Below, in pieces: positions 9,244-19,132 of a stretch of DNA of 64,000 nt. How positions within the stretch are numbered: position 1 is the first letter of the stretch; the number at the start of each line of letters is the position of its first letter. A program made the translations under genes and the position numbers. The notes under the pieces were generated by a model. It did no database searches. It was given only the letters and a program-made list of their open reading frames with translations, and had not been told where the DNA came from. Source of the DNA: a virus (Duplodnaviria > Caudoviricetes); IMG/VR virus record IMGVR_UViG_3300033075_001504, positions 1 to 64,000 of that record, one strand, 5' to 3'.

Positions 9244-11229
9244 CTAGAAGGTGACCACGATCGAGTTGGCCCCGATCCGCAGCTCGGCGCTGGCCAGCAC
9301 CGGGATGGGTGCCGGGAGCGCCTTGGCGATGAGCATGTGCCCGCCGGTGAGGGCGTCCATCACCCCGATGTGGCTGACCGTGCAGGCCGGGAGGTTGAGG
9401 AAGCGCAGCGCCCCCAGCCCCGAGCTCTTGGACCCCGGCGCGCTCCAGGAGCACAGCAGCCGGGCGTAGGAACCGCCCACGACCTCGTTGGCCGTGCTGC
9501 CCAGCGCGGTGGGGTCCGCGGTGAACAGCGCCAGGTAGGAGGGGTTGTCGATGAGGTAGCGCTGGAGGATCGCGCCGCCCAGGTAGTTGGTGACGATCGA
9601 GCCCACGTCGTCCACTCCTGTCACGTCGGTGGCCGGGATCACCGGCTGGATGCGGACCAGGCAGTCGGTCCCGGTGTCGAGGTCGTTCTCGGTCCAGGCC
9701 AGCACGCCGCGGCCGCTGCCCAGGATCGCCGCGGTGAGGTTGCCGTAGTTGCGCTGGGTGCCGTCCACCGCCAGGCCCGCCGTGGCGGCCGTGCCCGGGG
9801 CCACGATGACCGTGGCCAGGTCGCCCGGGGCGATGGTGGTGACCGTGGTGGTCGTGGTCGGGGTCTCGACGGTGGGCGTCGTGGTGGAGGCCGGGGGAGC
9901 CACCGTGCCGCGCGAGGTCGAGGTCCCGTAGTACTGGAGGTCCTGGACCGCCGGGTTGGAGACCACCGTGATGGGGGAGACCACGCTGGCGATCGTCGTC
10001 CCGCCCCGGACGATCTCCGCCGAGATGGTGCCAGTGCCCAGCGGCGCGGTGTAGGCGTTGATCCCCGCGGGCGCGGAGAACGAGGTGACCGAGCCGTTGA
10101 CGTTGATCTTCACAGTGGCCGCGGCGGTGAGGAAGACCAGCGCCTCCACGGTGTTGCGGGCCGATCCGGTGCGCAGCGCCTGGCGCCTGGACTGCCCGCC
10201 GGTGAAGGTGTTGATGGTGTAGTCGTGCTTGCGGTGGGTGAGGTAGAGCACGTCCTTGGCGATGGGCGGCTGGGCCCCGGTCTTGAACCACTGGATGTAG
10301 TAGCTGGCGATGTCCAGGAAGGTCGAGCCGTGGTTCTGGCTCGGCGCGATCTGAGCACCCTCGGAGTAGTCGTTCCAGGTGGGGATCTGGATCCAGTTGG
10401 CCGTGCCCTCGATGGCGATCTGGAAGGTCTTGCGCAGGTTCTCGGTGTTGTTGGCCTCGTCGTAGATGTTCTGGTTGGGCCGCTCGTCCTGCACCGAGAC
10501 CGGCTGCATCCAGATCTTGCCGTGGCTCTGGACGGTGGTGGCCATCCACTTCTGGGTGCCCGTGCCGGTGCCGGTGGAATTGGACCCGGGGTAGCGGTAG
10601 CCCCAGATGCCGTAGCCGCTGGCGACCGAGTCGTACTCGCCCGAGGTGGCGTAGTTGTAGTCGTTGAAGCAGGGCACGAAGTAGACGCTCTGCCCCGTCT
10701 GGTCGATGATGCTCTGCCAGGTGGAGGGGCTGAACTTCTCGGCCTTGAACGCGGTGAATACGAAGGCCCCGCCGATCTTGTAGCGCGAGGCGTAGTTCCA
10801 GTAGTGGACCAGGGTGTTGGCGATGGCCGAGGTGGAGTCGCCGTTCAGCCCGTTGCAGTCCAGCATCGGGATGCAGTAGAAGCCGCCCACGTCGGCGGCC
10901 GCCTGGAAGACCGCGTCCTGGAAGGTGAGGTTGTTCCCGGTCTGGTAGGTCTCGGCGAGGATGTCGCAGACGAAGCCGTCGATCCCCGCCTCCTTGGCCT
11001 GGGCCACCTCGATGCGGGCGTTCTGCACCTGCCAGTTGCCCGACTTGGACGGGGTGGGCTCGGGCCGGTCGCGCAGCAGGCCGCCGTAGGAGTCCGCGCC
11101 CTTGGGGTCCGGGCCGCTGGAGGAGAACGGGTAGAGGTAGCGCCGGGAGTACCAGTCGACGCTGGAGTCCTTGTTGTCCAGGCTCAGCGGGTAGGGCGGG
11201 AAGTAGTGCGCGAAGACGAGCTTGGCCAT
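9244..11229 (-). CDS. Virion-associated GH71-like glycoside hydrolase fused to a tail-fibre-type domain
   Basis: VFAHYF, AKEAGIDGF and TWNDYSEG motifs of GH71; no signal peptide; Thr-rich linker; C-terminal YLALFTADPT...EVVGGSYAR domain. Confidence 0.75.
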   Translation of the reverse strand: MAKLVFAHYFPPYPLSLDNKDSSVDWYSRRYLYPFSSSGPDPKGADSYGGLLRDRPEPTPSKSGNWQVQNARIEVAQAKEAGIDGFVCDILAETYQTGNNLTFQDAVFQAAADVGGFYCIPMLDCNGLNGDSTSAIANTLVHYWNYASRYKIGGAFVFTAFKAEKFSPSTWQSIIDQTGQSVYFVPCFNDYNYATSGEYDSVASGYGIWGYRYPGSNSTGTGTGTQKWMATTVQSHGKIWMQPVSVQDERPNQNIYDEANNTENLRKTFQIAIEGTANWIQIPTWNDYSEGAQIAPSQNHGSTFLDIASYYIQWFKTGAQPPIAKDVLYLTHRKHDYTINTFTGGQSRRQALRTGSARNTVEALVFLTAAATVKINVNGSVTSFSAPAGINAYTAPLGTGTISAEIVRGGTTIASVVSPITVVSNPAVQDLQYYGTSTSRGTVAPPASTTTPTVETPTTTTTVTTIAPGDLATVIVAPGTAATAGLAVDGTQRNYGNLTAAILGSGRGVLAWTENDLDTGTDCLVRIQPVIPATDVTGVDDVGSIVTNYLGGAILQRYLIDNPSYLALFTADPTALGSTANEVVGGSYARLLCSWSAPGSKSSGLGALRFLNLPACTVSHIGVMDALTGGHMLIAKALPAPIPVLASAELRIGANSIVVTF

Positions 11230-11232
11230 CAG

Positions 11233-12999
11233 CTACCTCCCCAGCACCCGGACGTAGTCGACGTCGTAGGTCTGGCTCAGGATGGTCGATCCGTCCGGGT
11301 TGCCGCCGTAGGACCCACCGATCTGGAGCTGGACGCGCAGGTGCCAGCTCACCGAGCGGTCGAAGGCCTCGGCCCGCCAGGTGGCGGCACTGGTGGCGTC
11401 CCAGTGCAGGACGTCGTCCACGTAGAACTTCAGGCTCCCGGCCTCCTTCTCCACCGCGTAGGTGTGCCACTGGGTGGGGTCGAAGGTCGGGTAGGTCAGG
11501 TGGCTGGACTCGACGTGCGGCGTGCCGGTGTAGTCCCGCCAGATGGTCATGTGCAGGTCGTTGGGCGCGGGCCAGCCCTCGAAGACGTCGATCTCGCCCA
11601 GCCCGCTGTCCTCGGGGCGCAGCCAGAACGCGGGCCAGAAGCCGTGCGCGGTCGAGCCCCAGGGCATCCGGGCGCGGATCTCGAAGCGCCCGTAGCGGGT
11701 GGCGAACTTCCCTGCGGTGGTGAGGTAGGCGCAGGTCCACGGCTTGAGCGCGGGGTCGATGTCGTTGTCGGTGCCCGAGCGGATCGACAGGTAGCCGTTG
11801 GCCACCGTGGCGTTGCGGGCGAAGTTGCGCCCGGAGTGGTTGCTCTGCACGTCGGTGCGGACGTTCCACTTGGTGGTGTCCACCGCCGCGCCGTCGAAGT
11901 AGTCGCTGAACAGCACCGTGGTCCAGCCCGCGGGCAGTGCGCCGGGCGCGGGGCTCTCCGGGGTGGGGCCGGGAGCACCGGGGTCCACCGGCTGAGGGAC
12001 GGGCACCACCACGGTGGACTCGGTGGAGGACACCCCGTCGAGCATGAAGACGTGCTGGGCGCCCACCAGCGCGCCCTGGCTGGCCTGGCTGTCGCTGCCG
12101 GTGGCGGTGAGGATGGTGGTGGCCACGTAGGAGGGGGTCGAGCCCGAGCGCGAGGGGACCAGGTAGGAGTCGGTCGTCCCGGTACGCAGCACGAAGCCCT
12201 TGCCCTGCCCGCCGTCCAGGCCGCCCTGCCACACGCTGGTGGAGTCGGTCCCGCTCACCGCGACGTGCCCAGCAGAGGTGACGCTGGATCCTGAGGCGCC
12301 GATGAGCTCGATGTCCTTGACCCCGGCCTCGGCGTCGCCCGTCCCCTGGGCCACCGCGAAGTAGGTCGAGTCCAGCCACACCGCATGGCGCACCACGCCC
12401 GAGCGCGCGTAGCCGGTGAAGGGGTTGACCGTGCCTCCCGCGCTCAGAGCCGTCCCGCTGATCTGGAGGGTCTGGTAGAAGCCGGTGTTGACGCTGGCCC
12501 CGTCGGTGAGGTTGTCGCCCCAGAGCAGGACGTGGGTCGGGCTGGCGGCCAGCACGGCGTACTGGATGGTGTTCCACGGGCTCGCGGTGAAGTTGGCCGC
12601 GTCGTAGGTCCACGGCGTCCCGATCACCGGCGTGGAGGGGTTGGACCAGTCCACCAGCCAGACCCGGGTGAACGGGCCGTAGGTGCCGCTCATGACGTGG
12701 GGCACGGAGTAGAAGACGGCGAAGACCCCGTTGGACACCGGGCGGAGCCGGAACTGGTGGTCGCCCGAGACCTGGGAGGCCGCGCCGTAGCCCGACCAGG
12801 CCAGCGAGCCCACCTTGGAGCCGGTCTCGGTGTAGAGCGAGAGGCGGTGGGTGAAGGCCTTGGCGTCCCAGGTGCACACCACGAAGGTCGAGGTGGCGCA
12901 GGCCACGACCGTGTCCACCGGTCGGTCGCAGTAGTGGGCGTCCACGTCGGTGGGGATCGCGTCCCGGTGCACCAGGGGGAGGCCGAGGATCGCGCTCAT
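11233..12999 (-). CDS. Minor tail protein with C-terminal GH16 glycoside hydrolase domain
   Basis: Catalytic GEIDVFEG, YGRFEIRARMP, GFWPAFW and VDYVRV motifs; N-terminal beta-rich region and Pro-rich linker. Confidence 0.82.
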   Translation of the reverse strand: MSAILGLPLVHRDAIPTDVDAHYCDRPVDTVVACATSTFVVCTWDAKAFTHRLSLYTETGSKVGSLAWSGYGAASQVSGDHQFRLRPVSNGVFAVFYSVPHVMSGTYGPFTRVWLVDWSNPSTPVIGTPWTYDAANFTASPWNTIQYAVLAASPTHVLLWGDNLTDGASVNTGFYQTLQISGTALSAGGTVNPFTGYARSGVVRHAVWLDSTYFAVAQGTGDAEAGVKDIELIGASGSSVTSAGHVAVSGTDSTSVWQGGLDGGQGKGFVLRTGTTDSYLVPSRSGSTPSYVATTILTATGSDSQASQGALVGAQHVFMLDGVSSTESTVVVPVPQPVDPGAPGPTPESPAPGALPAGWTTVLFSDYFDGAAVDTTKWNVRTDVQSNHSGRNFARNATVANGYLSIRSGTDNDIDPALKPWTCAYLTTAGKFATRYGRFEIRARMPWGSTAHGFWPAFWLRPEDSGLGEIDVFEGWPAPNDLHMTIWRDYTGTPHVESSHLTYPTFDPTQWHTYAVEKEAGSLKFYVDDVLHWDATSAATWRAEAFDRSVSWHLRVQLQIGGSYGGNPDGSTILSQTYDVDYVRVLGR

Positions 13000-13751
13000 A
13001 GGTACACGTTCCCACCTTGGACCAGCCTGGGCGGGGACTGGCGCTGGAGGCTGGAGGGCGCGTTGCCGATGCCTGTGTGCCCGCCCAGGCGGGCCGTGCC
13101 GACCTTGCCCAGGTCGTCGTCGCGCTGGAACAGCCGCAGCGGCGGGGCGACCCCCTCGATGTAGACCGTCAGGCGCAGCGCCCACTGGTAGTAGTACGGT
13201 CCGCCCGGGTTGAAGAGCAGCTCGAGCGGCGTGACGCCCAGGCTGGCATCGACGTGCTGGTTGTAGTGGACGTCGACGGACTCGTTGAGCTGCGCCTCGG
13301 TGGGCATCACCGTCGGGGTGTTGAGCACCATGTAGTAGCGGTAGGGGTAGTTGGCCCCGCCGACGTTGACCATCTCGTGGAAGTCCGGGTCGCCGGAGTA
13401 GGCGATCGCGGAGGTGAAGACCATCGGATCGGGCTGGAAGACAGCATTCAGGTTGTCGAAGAGATGGTTGTAGACAGGCCCGCCGGGGCTGGAGTAGTTC
13501 ACCACGACCTGGGTGGAGATCAGGCTCATGCCCTCGACCCACGACGTGAAGTTCCCCTCGTCGGTGGTGTAGTGGTTGATGTAGAGGACCTCGATCTTCA
13601 GCGCATGTGCGACCTTGCCCGCCCAGTACGGGATCATCGCCGCCTTGAGCCGGAAGTCGGTGATGAAGTTGCCCGCGTCGTCGAAGGCCGTGGTCCCGGC
13701 GTCGTAGTCGTTGATGACGACCGGGGTGTAGAGGCCGGGGTTGAACGTCAC
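12996..13751 (-). CDS. Minor tail protein (hypothetical)
   Basis: GTG coupled to the upstream stop; lies in the minor tail block. Confidence 0.6.
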   Translation of the reverse strand: MTFNPGLYTPVVINDYDAGTTAFDDAGNFITDFRLKAAMIPYWAGKVAHALKIEVLYINHYTTDEGNFTSWVEGMSLISTQVVVNYSSPGGPVYNHLFDNLNAVFQPDPMVFTSAIAYSGDPDFHEMVNVGGANYPYRYYMVLNTPTVMPTEAQLNESVDVHYNQHVDASLGVTPLELLFNPGGPYYYQWALRLTVYIEGVAPPLRLFQRDDDLGKVGTARLGGHTGIGNAPSSLQRQSPPRLVQGGNVYL

Positions 13752-15880
13752 GTCCCGGGCTCCTGGCGGTAGAACCGGCCGAGGAAGTAGACGTTGTCCG
13801 GGTAGTCGGTGTAGACGGCCGCGTAGACGGTGATGGCGCTGACCGGCAGCTTCTGCCCCGGCTTGGCGTTCTTGTTGAAGTTGGGGTTGTTGATGTTGTC
13901 GAAGGACCAGGACGCCTCGTCCACCAGCGAGCCGGTCAGCGGGTTGCTCGCGGAGAAGGAGCCGGGGCTGTAGCCCGCGGGCTGGTCGTTGTTGCCCCAG
14001 CCGATGATGATGCTGGGGTCGGGCGCGAGGAAGTTGCCCGCGGGCCAGGGCTGCCCGTTGGGCTGGGTGGACTCGAAGGCGCCGGGGAAGAACGGGCTGT
14101 GCTGCCCGCCCGACATGGGCATCGCCGAGACGGTGATGTTGGTGTAGTAGAGGCTCAGGTGGAAGCGGGCGGCCAGCGGGGTGCCGTGGATGTCGTAGGC
14201 GTGCATCTCCAGCCTGCGTACGGTGCCCTTCTGGCTGGTGAGCACCGGGAAGATCGCCCACCGCCCGTTGGGCTGGGGAGCCTGGCCCTTCACCCGGACG
14301 TAGTACTGCGGGTAATGCTTGGGCGGGTAGGCCTTGGTGAGGCTGGCCCACGGGTAGGTGTGGCTCACCGCGTTGTGCCGGAACAGCGCCACGCTGGCCT
14401 TGGGCATGAAGCCCGAGCCCGCGGTGTAGTCCCAGGGCGCGATGATGTCCTCGACCAGCACCTGGCGGCGGTTGACCTGGAGCTGCTTGCTCGGGGTGAG
14501 CGGGTCGCGGGTGCGGGCGACGACCTCCTCCAGGGTGAGCAGGTCGCGGTACTTGGTGTCCACCTTGCAGGTGACGCTGCCGTCCTCGGGGTTGCACACC
14601 ACCTCGGCGATGTGGAACGGGATGCCCTGCTCCCCGCTGCCCGCGAAGCCCTTGACCAGGACGGTCATGCCCGCGCTGATCTGCCAGCGGCTCAGGGTGT
14701 CGCTCGGGTCGATCTTGATGACCATGGTGCCCACCCAGCCGGGGTCCAGATCGCGGGCGAGCTGCTTGCGGCTGGTGTTGATCGCCGCGCTCTGGTCGAA
14801 GCCCGAGCCGAAGCGCTGGTAGGTCTCGTAGACCATCCGGCCCTTGTCGAAGGCCACGTTGTCGGTGGCCGGGTAGACGGTGGGCGACCAGGCCAGCGGG
14901 GCGTAGTCGGTGTTGGACCCGTCGTCGCTGATGACCGCGTTGCGCCAGTTCGTGCCGTCCAGGCTCACGCCCTCGCCGTAGTAGACGTTGGCCTTCTGGG
15001 TGGAGTCGTGGGTGAGCTGGGGGAACAGCACGCCGACCTGGCCGTACCAGACCGAGAAGTCCGGCACCCGGAAGCGGTCGCGCACCTCGAGCACGGGCTG
15101 GCGGGCGGGCTCCTTGCGCACGGTCCACTGGTTGCCCGGGGTGACGCCCGAGTCCTCCTGGGTGAACATCACGGCGAGCAGGGACTGGATGAAGCCGGTC
15201 AGGCTGCGGTCCCAGGTGCCGGTGTCGCGGCTGGAGTAGCCGGTGATCTTGGCCCCCACGCTGGCTCCGAGCGGGGTGAACAGGTTGGGCGTGCCCGCGG
15301 GCATGGTCTTGTTCCAGCCCGCCGGGAAGCGCACGATCAGCGGCTTGGTGCGCAGGTTGGGACGGCGCTTGGGGTCGAACTCCTTGACCATCATCGACTC
15401 GTAGGTCAGCGGCCGCGGCGGGAAGGCGGGCTTGGCCAGGTAGCGGTCGAGCTGGAGCAGCGCGCCCTGGCACTGCACCACCAGGCTGCTGCCGTCCTTG
15501 GTCCCCTCCACGTCGTAGGAGGCCACGATGCCCTCCCAGACTGAGACGGGCGTGCCGTAGGCCCGGCTCAGAGCCCCGGTGATGGGGTCCACGATCTCGC
15601 TGCCCGCGACCGCAGGCACCCAGTAGATGTCGACGTTGGCCTCGTCGGACAGCCAGGAGCCCACGTCCGGGCCGGACAGGTCGTCGTAGCCGGTGATCTG
15701 GGGGAAGGTGAGCTGGCACAGCGAGTCGCCGAACGGGTCGGTGAAGGAGTAGTTGTCGATCCTGGTCGGCATCCCCCGGAAGTCGGTCACGTCGGTGGGC
15801 GCTCCCCCGGGCGCGGTCAGCACGATGCGCCACCGGCCCGCGACGGCGGTGGTGTAGTCGAACGACCAGGGCTGGGGCAT
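13748..15880 (-). CDS. Minor tail protein (baseplate hub/Tal-like)
   Basis: 710 aa; YSFTDPFGDS, WEGIVASYD and FHIAEV segments resemble siphovirus hub proteins; tail gene context. Confidence 0.7.
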   Translation of the reverse strand: MPQPWSFDYTTAVAGRWRIVLTAPGGAPTDVTDFRGMPTRIDNYSFTDPFGDSLCQLTFPQITGYDDLSGPDVGSWLSDEANVDIYWVPAVAGSEIVDPITGALSRAYGTPVSVWEGIVASYDVEGTKDGSSLVVQCQGALLQLDRYLAKPAFPPRPLTYESMMVKEFDPKRRPNLRTKPLIVRFPAGWNKTMPAGTPNLFTPLGASVGAKITGYSSRDTGTWDRSLTGFIQSLLAVMFTQEDSGVTPGNQWTVRKEPARQPVLEVRDRFRVPDFSVWYGQVGVLFPQLTHDSTQKANVYYGEGVSLDGTNWRNAVISDDGSNTDYAPLAWSPTVYPATDNVAFDKGRMVYETYQRFGSGFDQSAAINTSRKQLARDLDPGWVGTMVIKIDPSDTLSRWQISAGMTVLVKGFAGSGEQGIPFHIAEVVCNPEDGSVTCKVDTKYRDLLTLEEVVARTRDPLTPSKQLQVNRRQVLVEDIIAPWDYTAGSGFMPKASVALFRHNAVSHTYPWASLTKAYPPKHYPQYYVRVKGQAPQPNGRWAIFPVLTSQKGTVRRLEMHAYDIHGTPLAARFHLSLYYTNITVSAMPMSGGQHSPFFPGAFESTQPNGQPWPAGNFLAPDPSIIIGWGNNDQPAGYSPGSFSASNPLTGSLVDEASWSFDNINNPNFNKNAKPGQKLPVSAITVYAAVYTDYPDNVYFLGRFYRQEPGT

Positions 15881-15887
15881 CCGTCCC

Positions 15888-17171
15888 TCACATGTGGTAC
15901 TTGTTGAACTTCCAGGTGGCGGCGAGCTGGTTGAAGGTGGCGTTGAGCGCCACCGTCCCCAGGGCCTGGGTGTAGAAGCGCACCTCGAAGACGGTCATGT
16001 GCGCCCCGAGGTTGTCGCTGACGTGGTTCTGGCGGCGGCCCATGAGGAAGTAGCGATGGGTGTGGTTGTCCACCGTCCCGCGCTTGATGTGCCGGTTGCG
16101 CAGGTCCCAGGCCCCGATGTAGCTCGCCGAGCCGTTGAAGATCCCGAAGAACATCTTGGGCCGGGGTGCGAAGTCGCTGCGGGCCAGGACGTGGTTGCCG
16201 TTCTTGACCGCGTCCTTGCCGGTGTGGGTGGCCAGGATGGCGGTCTTGTACTGGTAGAGCATGAGGCTGCGGTAGGACATGCCCTCGCTGATGGTGTGGT
16301 CCAAGCCGTCGGCCAACCCGCCCGGAGTGGGCTTGCCCGCGTCGAGCAGGTAGTGACCGTACGTGCGCGTCGGGTAGTAGTGGATGATCGCGGTGATCAC
16401 CACGGTGAAGGGCTGGGCCAGGTTGCTCCCGTAGTCCATCCACATGTGCTGGACCTCGGTGGCGTCGAAGTGCACGCCCGCCGAGTAGGTGTGGTACTGG
16501 TCGTTGGCCCCGTAGAGCACGGTCTTGATGACCCGCGGGGCGTACTCGGTGGTGGACTTCCACTGCGGCCCGGTCCCGCCGTGCGGCTTCCACAGGCCCA
16601 GGTGGTAGGAGCTGGAGCGCGGCGGGGTGAGGTCCTTGACCGTCCACACGTAGGCGGGCGTCACACCCCCGGGGTAGGGGTTGACCGGGTTCACCACCGG
16701 GTCGGGGTCGGGGATCATCTCGATCCCGCCCGGCCCCACGCTCAGCGCGATGTTGGAGTCAGGTCGCACCCAGTAGTCGGGGACCAGCGGCTTGCCCGCG
16801 ATGATGGCGGGCGTGGTGAAGGTGGGCCGCACGCTCTGGCTCATCCGGATGCCCTCACCGGCGTAGACCGGCATCGGGGAGGGGACGACCTTCAGGCTCC
16901 CGGTGGCCCGCACCCGGAACAGGCCACCGCGCTCGGTGGTGACCTCGCCCGAGCTCTGCCCGGTACCCATCCCGACGGTGCGCTGCGGACCGAGGGTCTG
17001 GGAGAAGTCCAGGTAGACGTAGAACGGGGCGACGAACTCGACGTAGCGGACCCGCTGGGTCGTCAGCGATCCCGTGAAGGTCAGCGTCCCGCTCTTGGAG
17101 GTGCTGACCGAGCGCAGGAGGGATCCTGCGAAGCTCAGGGCGCCGCTGAGGGCCTGGTTGAAGACGGTCAT
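15888..17171 (-). CDS. Minor tail/fibre protein with N-terminal ALSFxGS repeats and C-terminal lectin-like domain
   Basis: N-terminus NQALSGALSFAGS...LTFTGS matches the repeat of 59176..63702; C-terminus ends EVRFYTQAL, a LamG-like ending. Confidence 0.6.
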   Translation of the reverse strand: MTVFNQALSGALSFAGSLLRSVSTSKSGTLTFTGSLTTQRVRYVEFVAPFYVYLDFSQTLGPQRTVGMGTGQSSGEVTTERGGLFRVRATGSLKVVPSPMPVYAGEGIRMSQSVRPTFTTPAIIAGKPLVPDYWVRPDSNIALSVGPGGIEMIPDPDPVVNPVNPYPGGVTPAYVWTVKDLTPPRSSSYHLGLWKPHGGTGPQWKSTTEYAPRVIKTVLYGANDQYHTYSAGVHFDATEVQHMWMDYGSNLAQPFTVVITAIIHYYPTRTYGHYLLDAGKPTPGGLADGLDHTISEGMSYRSLMLYQYKTAILATHTGKDAVKNGNHVLARSDFAPRPKMFFGIFNGSASYIGAWDLRNRHIKRGTVDNHTHRYFLMGRRQNHVSDNLGAHMTVFEVRFYTQALGTVALNATFNQLAATWKFNKYHM

Positions 17172-17173
17172 GG

Positions 17174-17566
17174 CTAGAAGGAGAAGCCGATGATGAGGTC
17201 GTTGGCGGCGAACAGGTAGGCGTCTCCCGCCGCCAGGGTGACCGCGGTGTCGAGGATGCAGTAGGCCAGCAGCGTTCCGCCGACCTCGGTGTCGAACAGC
17301 CCCCAGGCTGTGACTGTGGCGGCCGGGGCGCTGGCGATCCCCCCGGACACGGTGAGCAGGCCCGAGCTCGTCCCTGCTGTGGTGGTGATGGTCCAGGTGT
17401 CCAGGTTGCCGCGGCTGTAGCCGACGGCCTCGGTCCCGCCGCCCGCGCTGGTGGGGTTGGCGGTGAACAGCGCCATCCAGGCCCCGGTGCCGAACGCGTC
17501 GTTGATGCCCAGGAAGTTCTCCAGCATCCGCTGGGCCCCGGCATCGGTGAGGGCGAGGAAGGACAT
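17174..17566 (-). CDS. Small tail-fibre-type protein
   Basis: WMALFTANPT...GGTEAVGYSR...WGLFDTEVGGTLL pattern; coupled start. Confidence 0.7.
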   Translation of the reverse strand: MSFLALTDAGAQRMLENFLGINDAFGTGAWMALFTANPTSAGGGTEAVGYSRGNLDTWTITTTAGTSSGLLTVSGGIASAPAATVTAWGLFDTEVGGTLLAYCILDTAVTLAAGDAYLFAANDLIIGFSF

Positions 17567-18006
17567 CAGAGCACCATCGCTTCCGCAGGCCCGGACACGC
17601 CCAGGGCGATGTAGCCGGTGGGCATGGTCGCTGTGTCCCCGGTGGTGACCAGCACCTCGGCGGACAGCTCGCCCCAGCAGATGAGGTTGCCGCTGGTGGG
17701 GTCGTCGCACAGGGCGTAGTGGTTGAGGATCCCCCAGTCCGCGCTGGCCTGGGCCCAGGTCAGGTCGATCGCGGTGGAGGAGGTGCCGTTGGCCCCCTGG
17801 GTCCAGCGCACCGTGCTCATGTCCAGGCTGACCCGCGCGTAGCCCGCGGAGGTGGGCGGCTCGATGGTCTGGAGCACCGTGCCGTCGTAGCCCGCGTCGG
17901 GCTGCTGGACGCACAGCGCCACGTAGACCGTGGTCGGCCTGCTCGCCCACCCGGTGAGGATGTCCACGAACAGGTTGGCCCCGTAGTCGCTGACCCCGGC
18001 CGCCAT
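17566..18006 (-). CDS. Small tail-fibre-type protein (paralogue of 17174..17566)
   Basis: YVALCVQQP...GYARV...WGILNHYALCDDPTSGNLI pattern. Confidence 0.7.
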   Translation of the reverse strand: MAAGVSDYGANLFVDILTGWASRPTTVYVALCVQQPDAGYDGTVLQTIEPPTSAGYARVSLDMSTVRWTQGANGTSSTAIDLTWAQASADWGILNHYALCDDPTSGNLICWGELSAEVLVTTGDTATMPTGYIALGVSGPAEAMVL

Positions 18007-18449
18007 CAGAACTCCCCAGCGATCGCCAGCGGGCTGCGCGGGACGCTGAGCACCAGCTTGATCTGGTTGGCCGCCACGCGTCCGGTGTTGATCTCGTAGG
18101 CCCAGTCCGCGCGCTGGCAGCGCCAGGTGTGGGTGTGTCCCGCGATGGTCATGGTCATCGTGTACGAGGCCTGCTTGAAAGCGGCCAGGGCGGCCCCGAA
18201 GTTGGCCATGACCGCGGCGTAGTTGGCTCCCGTCACCTCCAGGCCGATGGTCTCGGTGATGTTGGACAGCCTCGCGTTGATCTCGATCTCCCCGTCCATG
18301 TAGGCCGAGGAGTCCAGGTTGCGCGTCCAGCGCCCCTCGCCGCCCAGCACCGGCACGCTGATGGCGTAGTTGATGTGGTCGTTGAGGTCCAGGTCGGGCA
18401 GCGCCAGGCTGGTCCGGGTGACGCTGGCTGCCAGGGTGAAGTCAGGCAT
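18006..18449 (-). CDS. Minor tail protein (distal-tail-like)
   Basis: 147 aa beta-rich protein, first gene of the minor tail block. Confidence 0.55.
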   Translation of the reverse strand: MPDFTLAASVTRTSLALPDLDLNDHINYAISVPVLGGEGRWTRNLDSSAYMDGEIEINARLSNITETIGLEVTGANYAAVMANFGAALAAFKQASYTMTMTIAGHTHTWRCQRADWAYEINTGRVAANQIKLVLSVPRSPLAIAGEF

Positions 18450-18564
18450 CGTCGTCCACCGGCTTCCCGCCGCACCAGCTCATGTGCGCCATGACGGTCT
18501 CGGCGCTGTCCTGGCCCAGGGTGTAGCGCTGCCCGCACTTCCCGCACACGATGTCGGTGCTCAT
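18442..18564 (-). CDS. Small Zn-finger-like protein (40 aa)
   Basis: CGKC...H..WC; coupled start. Confidence 0.55.
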   Translation of the reverse strand: MSTDIVCGKCGQRYTLGQDSAETVMAHMSWCGGKPVDDDA

Positions 18565-18683
18565 CCCACGTCCTCCCTGAAGCAGGAGAGCCAGCCCATG
18601 TGCCCGACCGGCTGGCCGCAGGTGCACTTCCCGGCCCGACGACACCCGTCGGTCCAGAAGGCCCAGGCCGTGTAGACGCTCAC
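18561..18683 (-). CDS. Small Cys-rich hypothetical protein (40 aa)
   Basis: GTGA coupling upstream and ATGA coupling downstream. Confidence 0.5.
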   Translation of the reverse strand: MSVYTAWAFWTDGCRRAGKCTCGQPVGHMGWLSCFREDVG

Positions 18684-19132
18684 GACGCCCTGCCCTCGAC
18701 GTGGGACTGGAAGGTCTTGGCGAAGTCCTCGGGCCGCACGATGACGGTGTTGTTGGTGACCCGCTCGCTGCGGTCCTCGAAGCCCCAGAGCTTGGCCATC
18801 TGGACGATGATGCGCAGCGCGGTGTCGATCGCCTTGAGGTCGCCCTCCTCGACGTGCGCCCAGGCCTTCTGGAGCAGCACCTCGAGCCGGTACATGGTCA
18901 GGTTGAGCGCCTCGACCCGGTGCGCCTCGTCCACGGCCATCGCGGCCCGCTGGATGTAGGCGGTGACGCTGACCCGCGCCTCCACCTCGTCGGTGAAGCC
19001 CTCCTGGGTGGCGATCTCGGCCCACGGCATCCCCTGGGCGCGCAGCAGCGAGGCGCGGTAGGAGCGGTCGTCGCTCTGGATGAACGGGACGAGCTGGCCG
19101 TCCTCGCGCGGCTCGGCCTTCTTCCTGGGCAT
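18680..19132 (-). CDS. terS: Terminase small subunit (probable)
   Basis: HTH RASLLRAQGMPWAEIA followed by helical AIDTALRIIVQMAKLWG, typical of actinophage TerS. Confidence 0.65.
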   Translation of the reverse strand: MPRKKAEPREDGQLVPFIQSDDRSYRASLLRAQGMPWAEIATQEGFTDEVEARVSVTAYIQRAAMAVDEAHRVEALNLTMYRLEVLLQKAWAHVEEGDLKAIDTALRIIVQMAKLWGFEDRSERVTNNTVIVRPEDFAKTFQSHVEGRAS

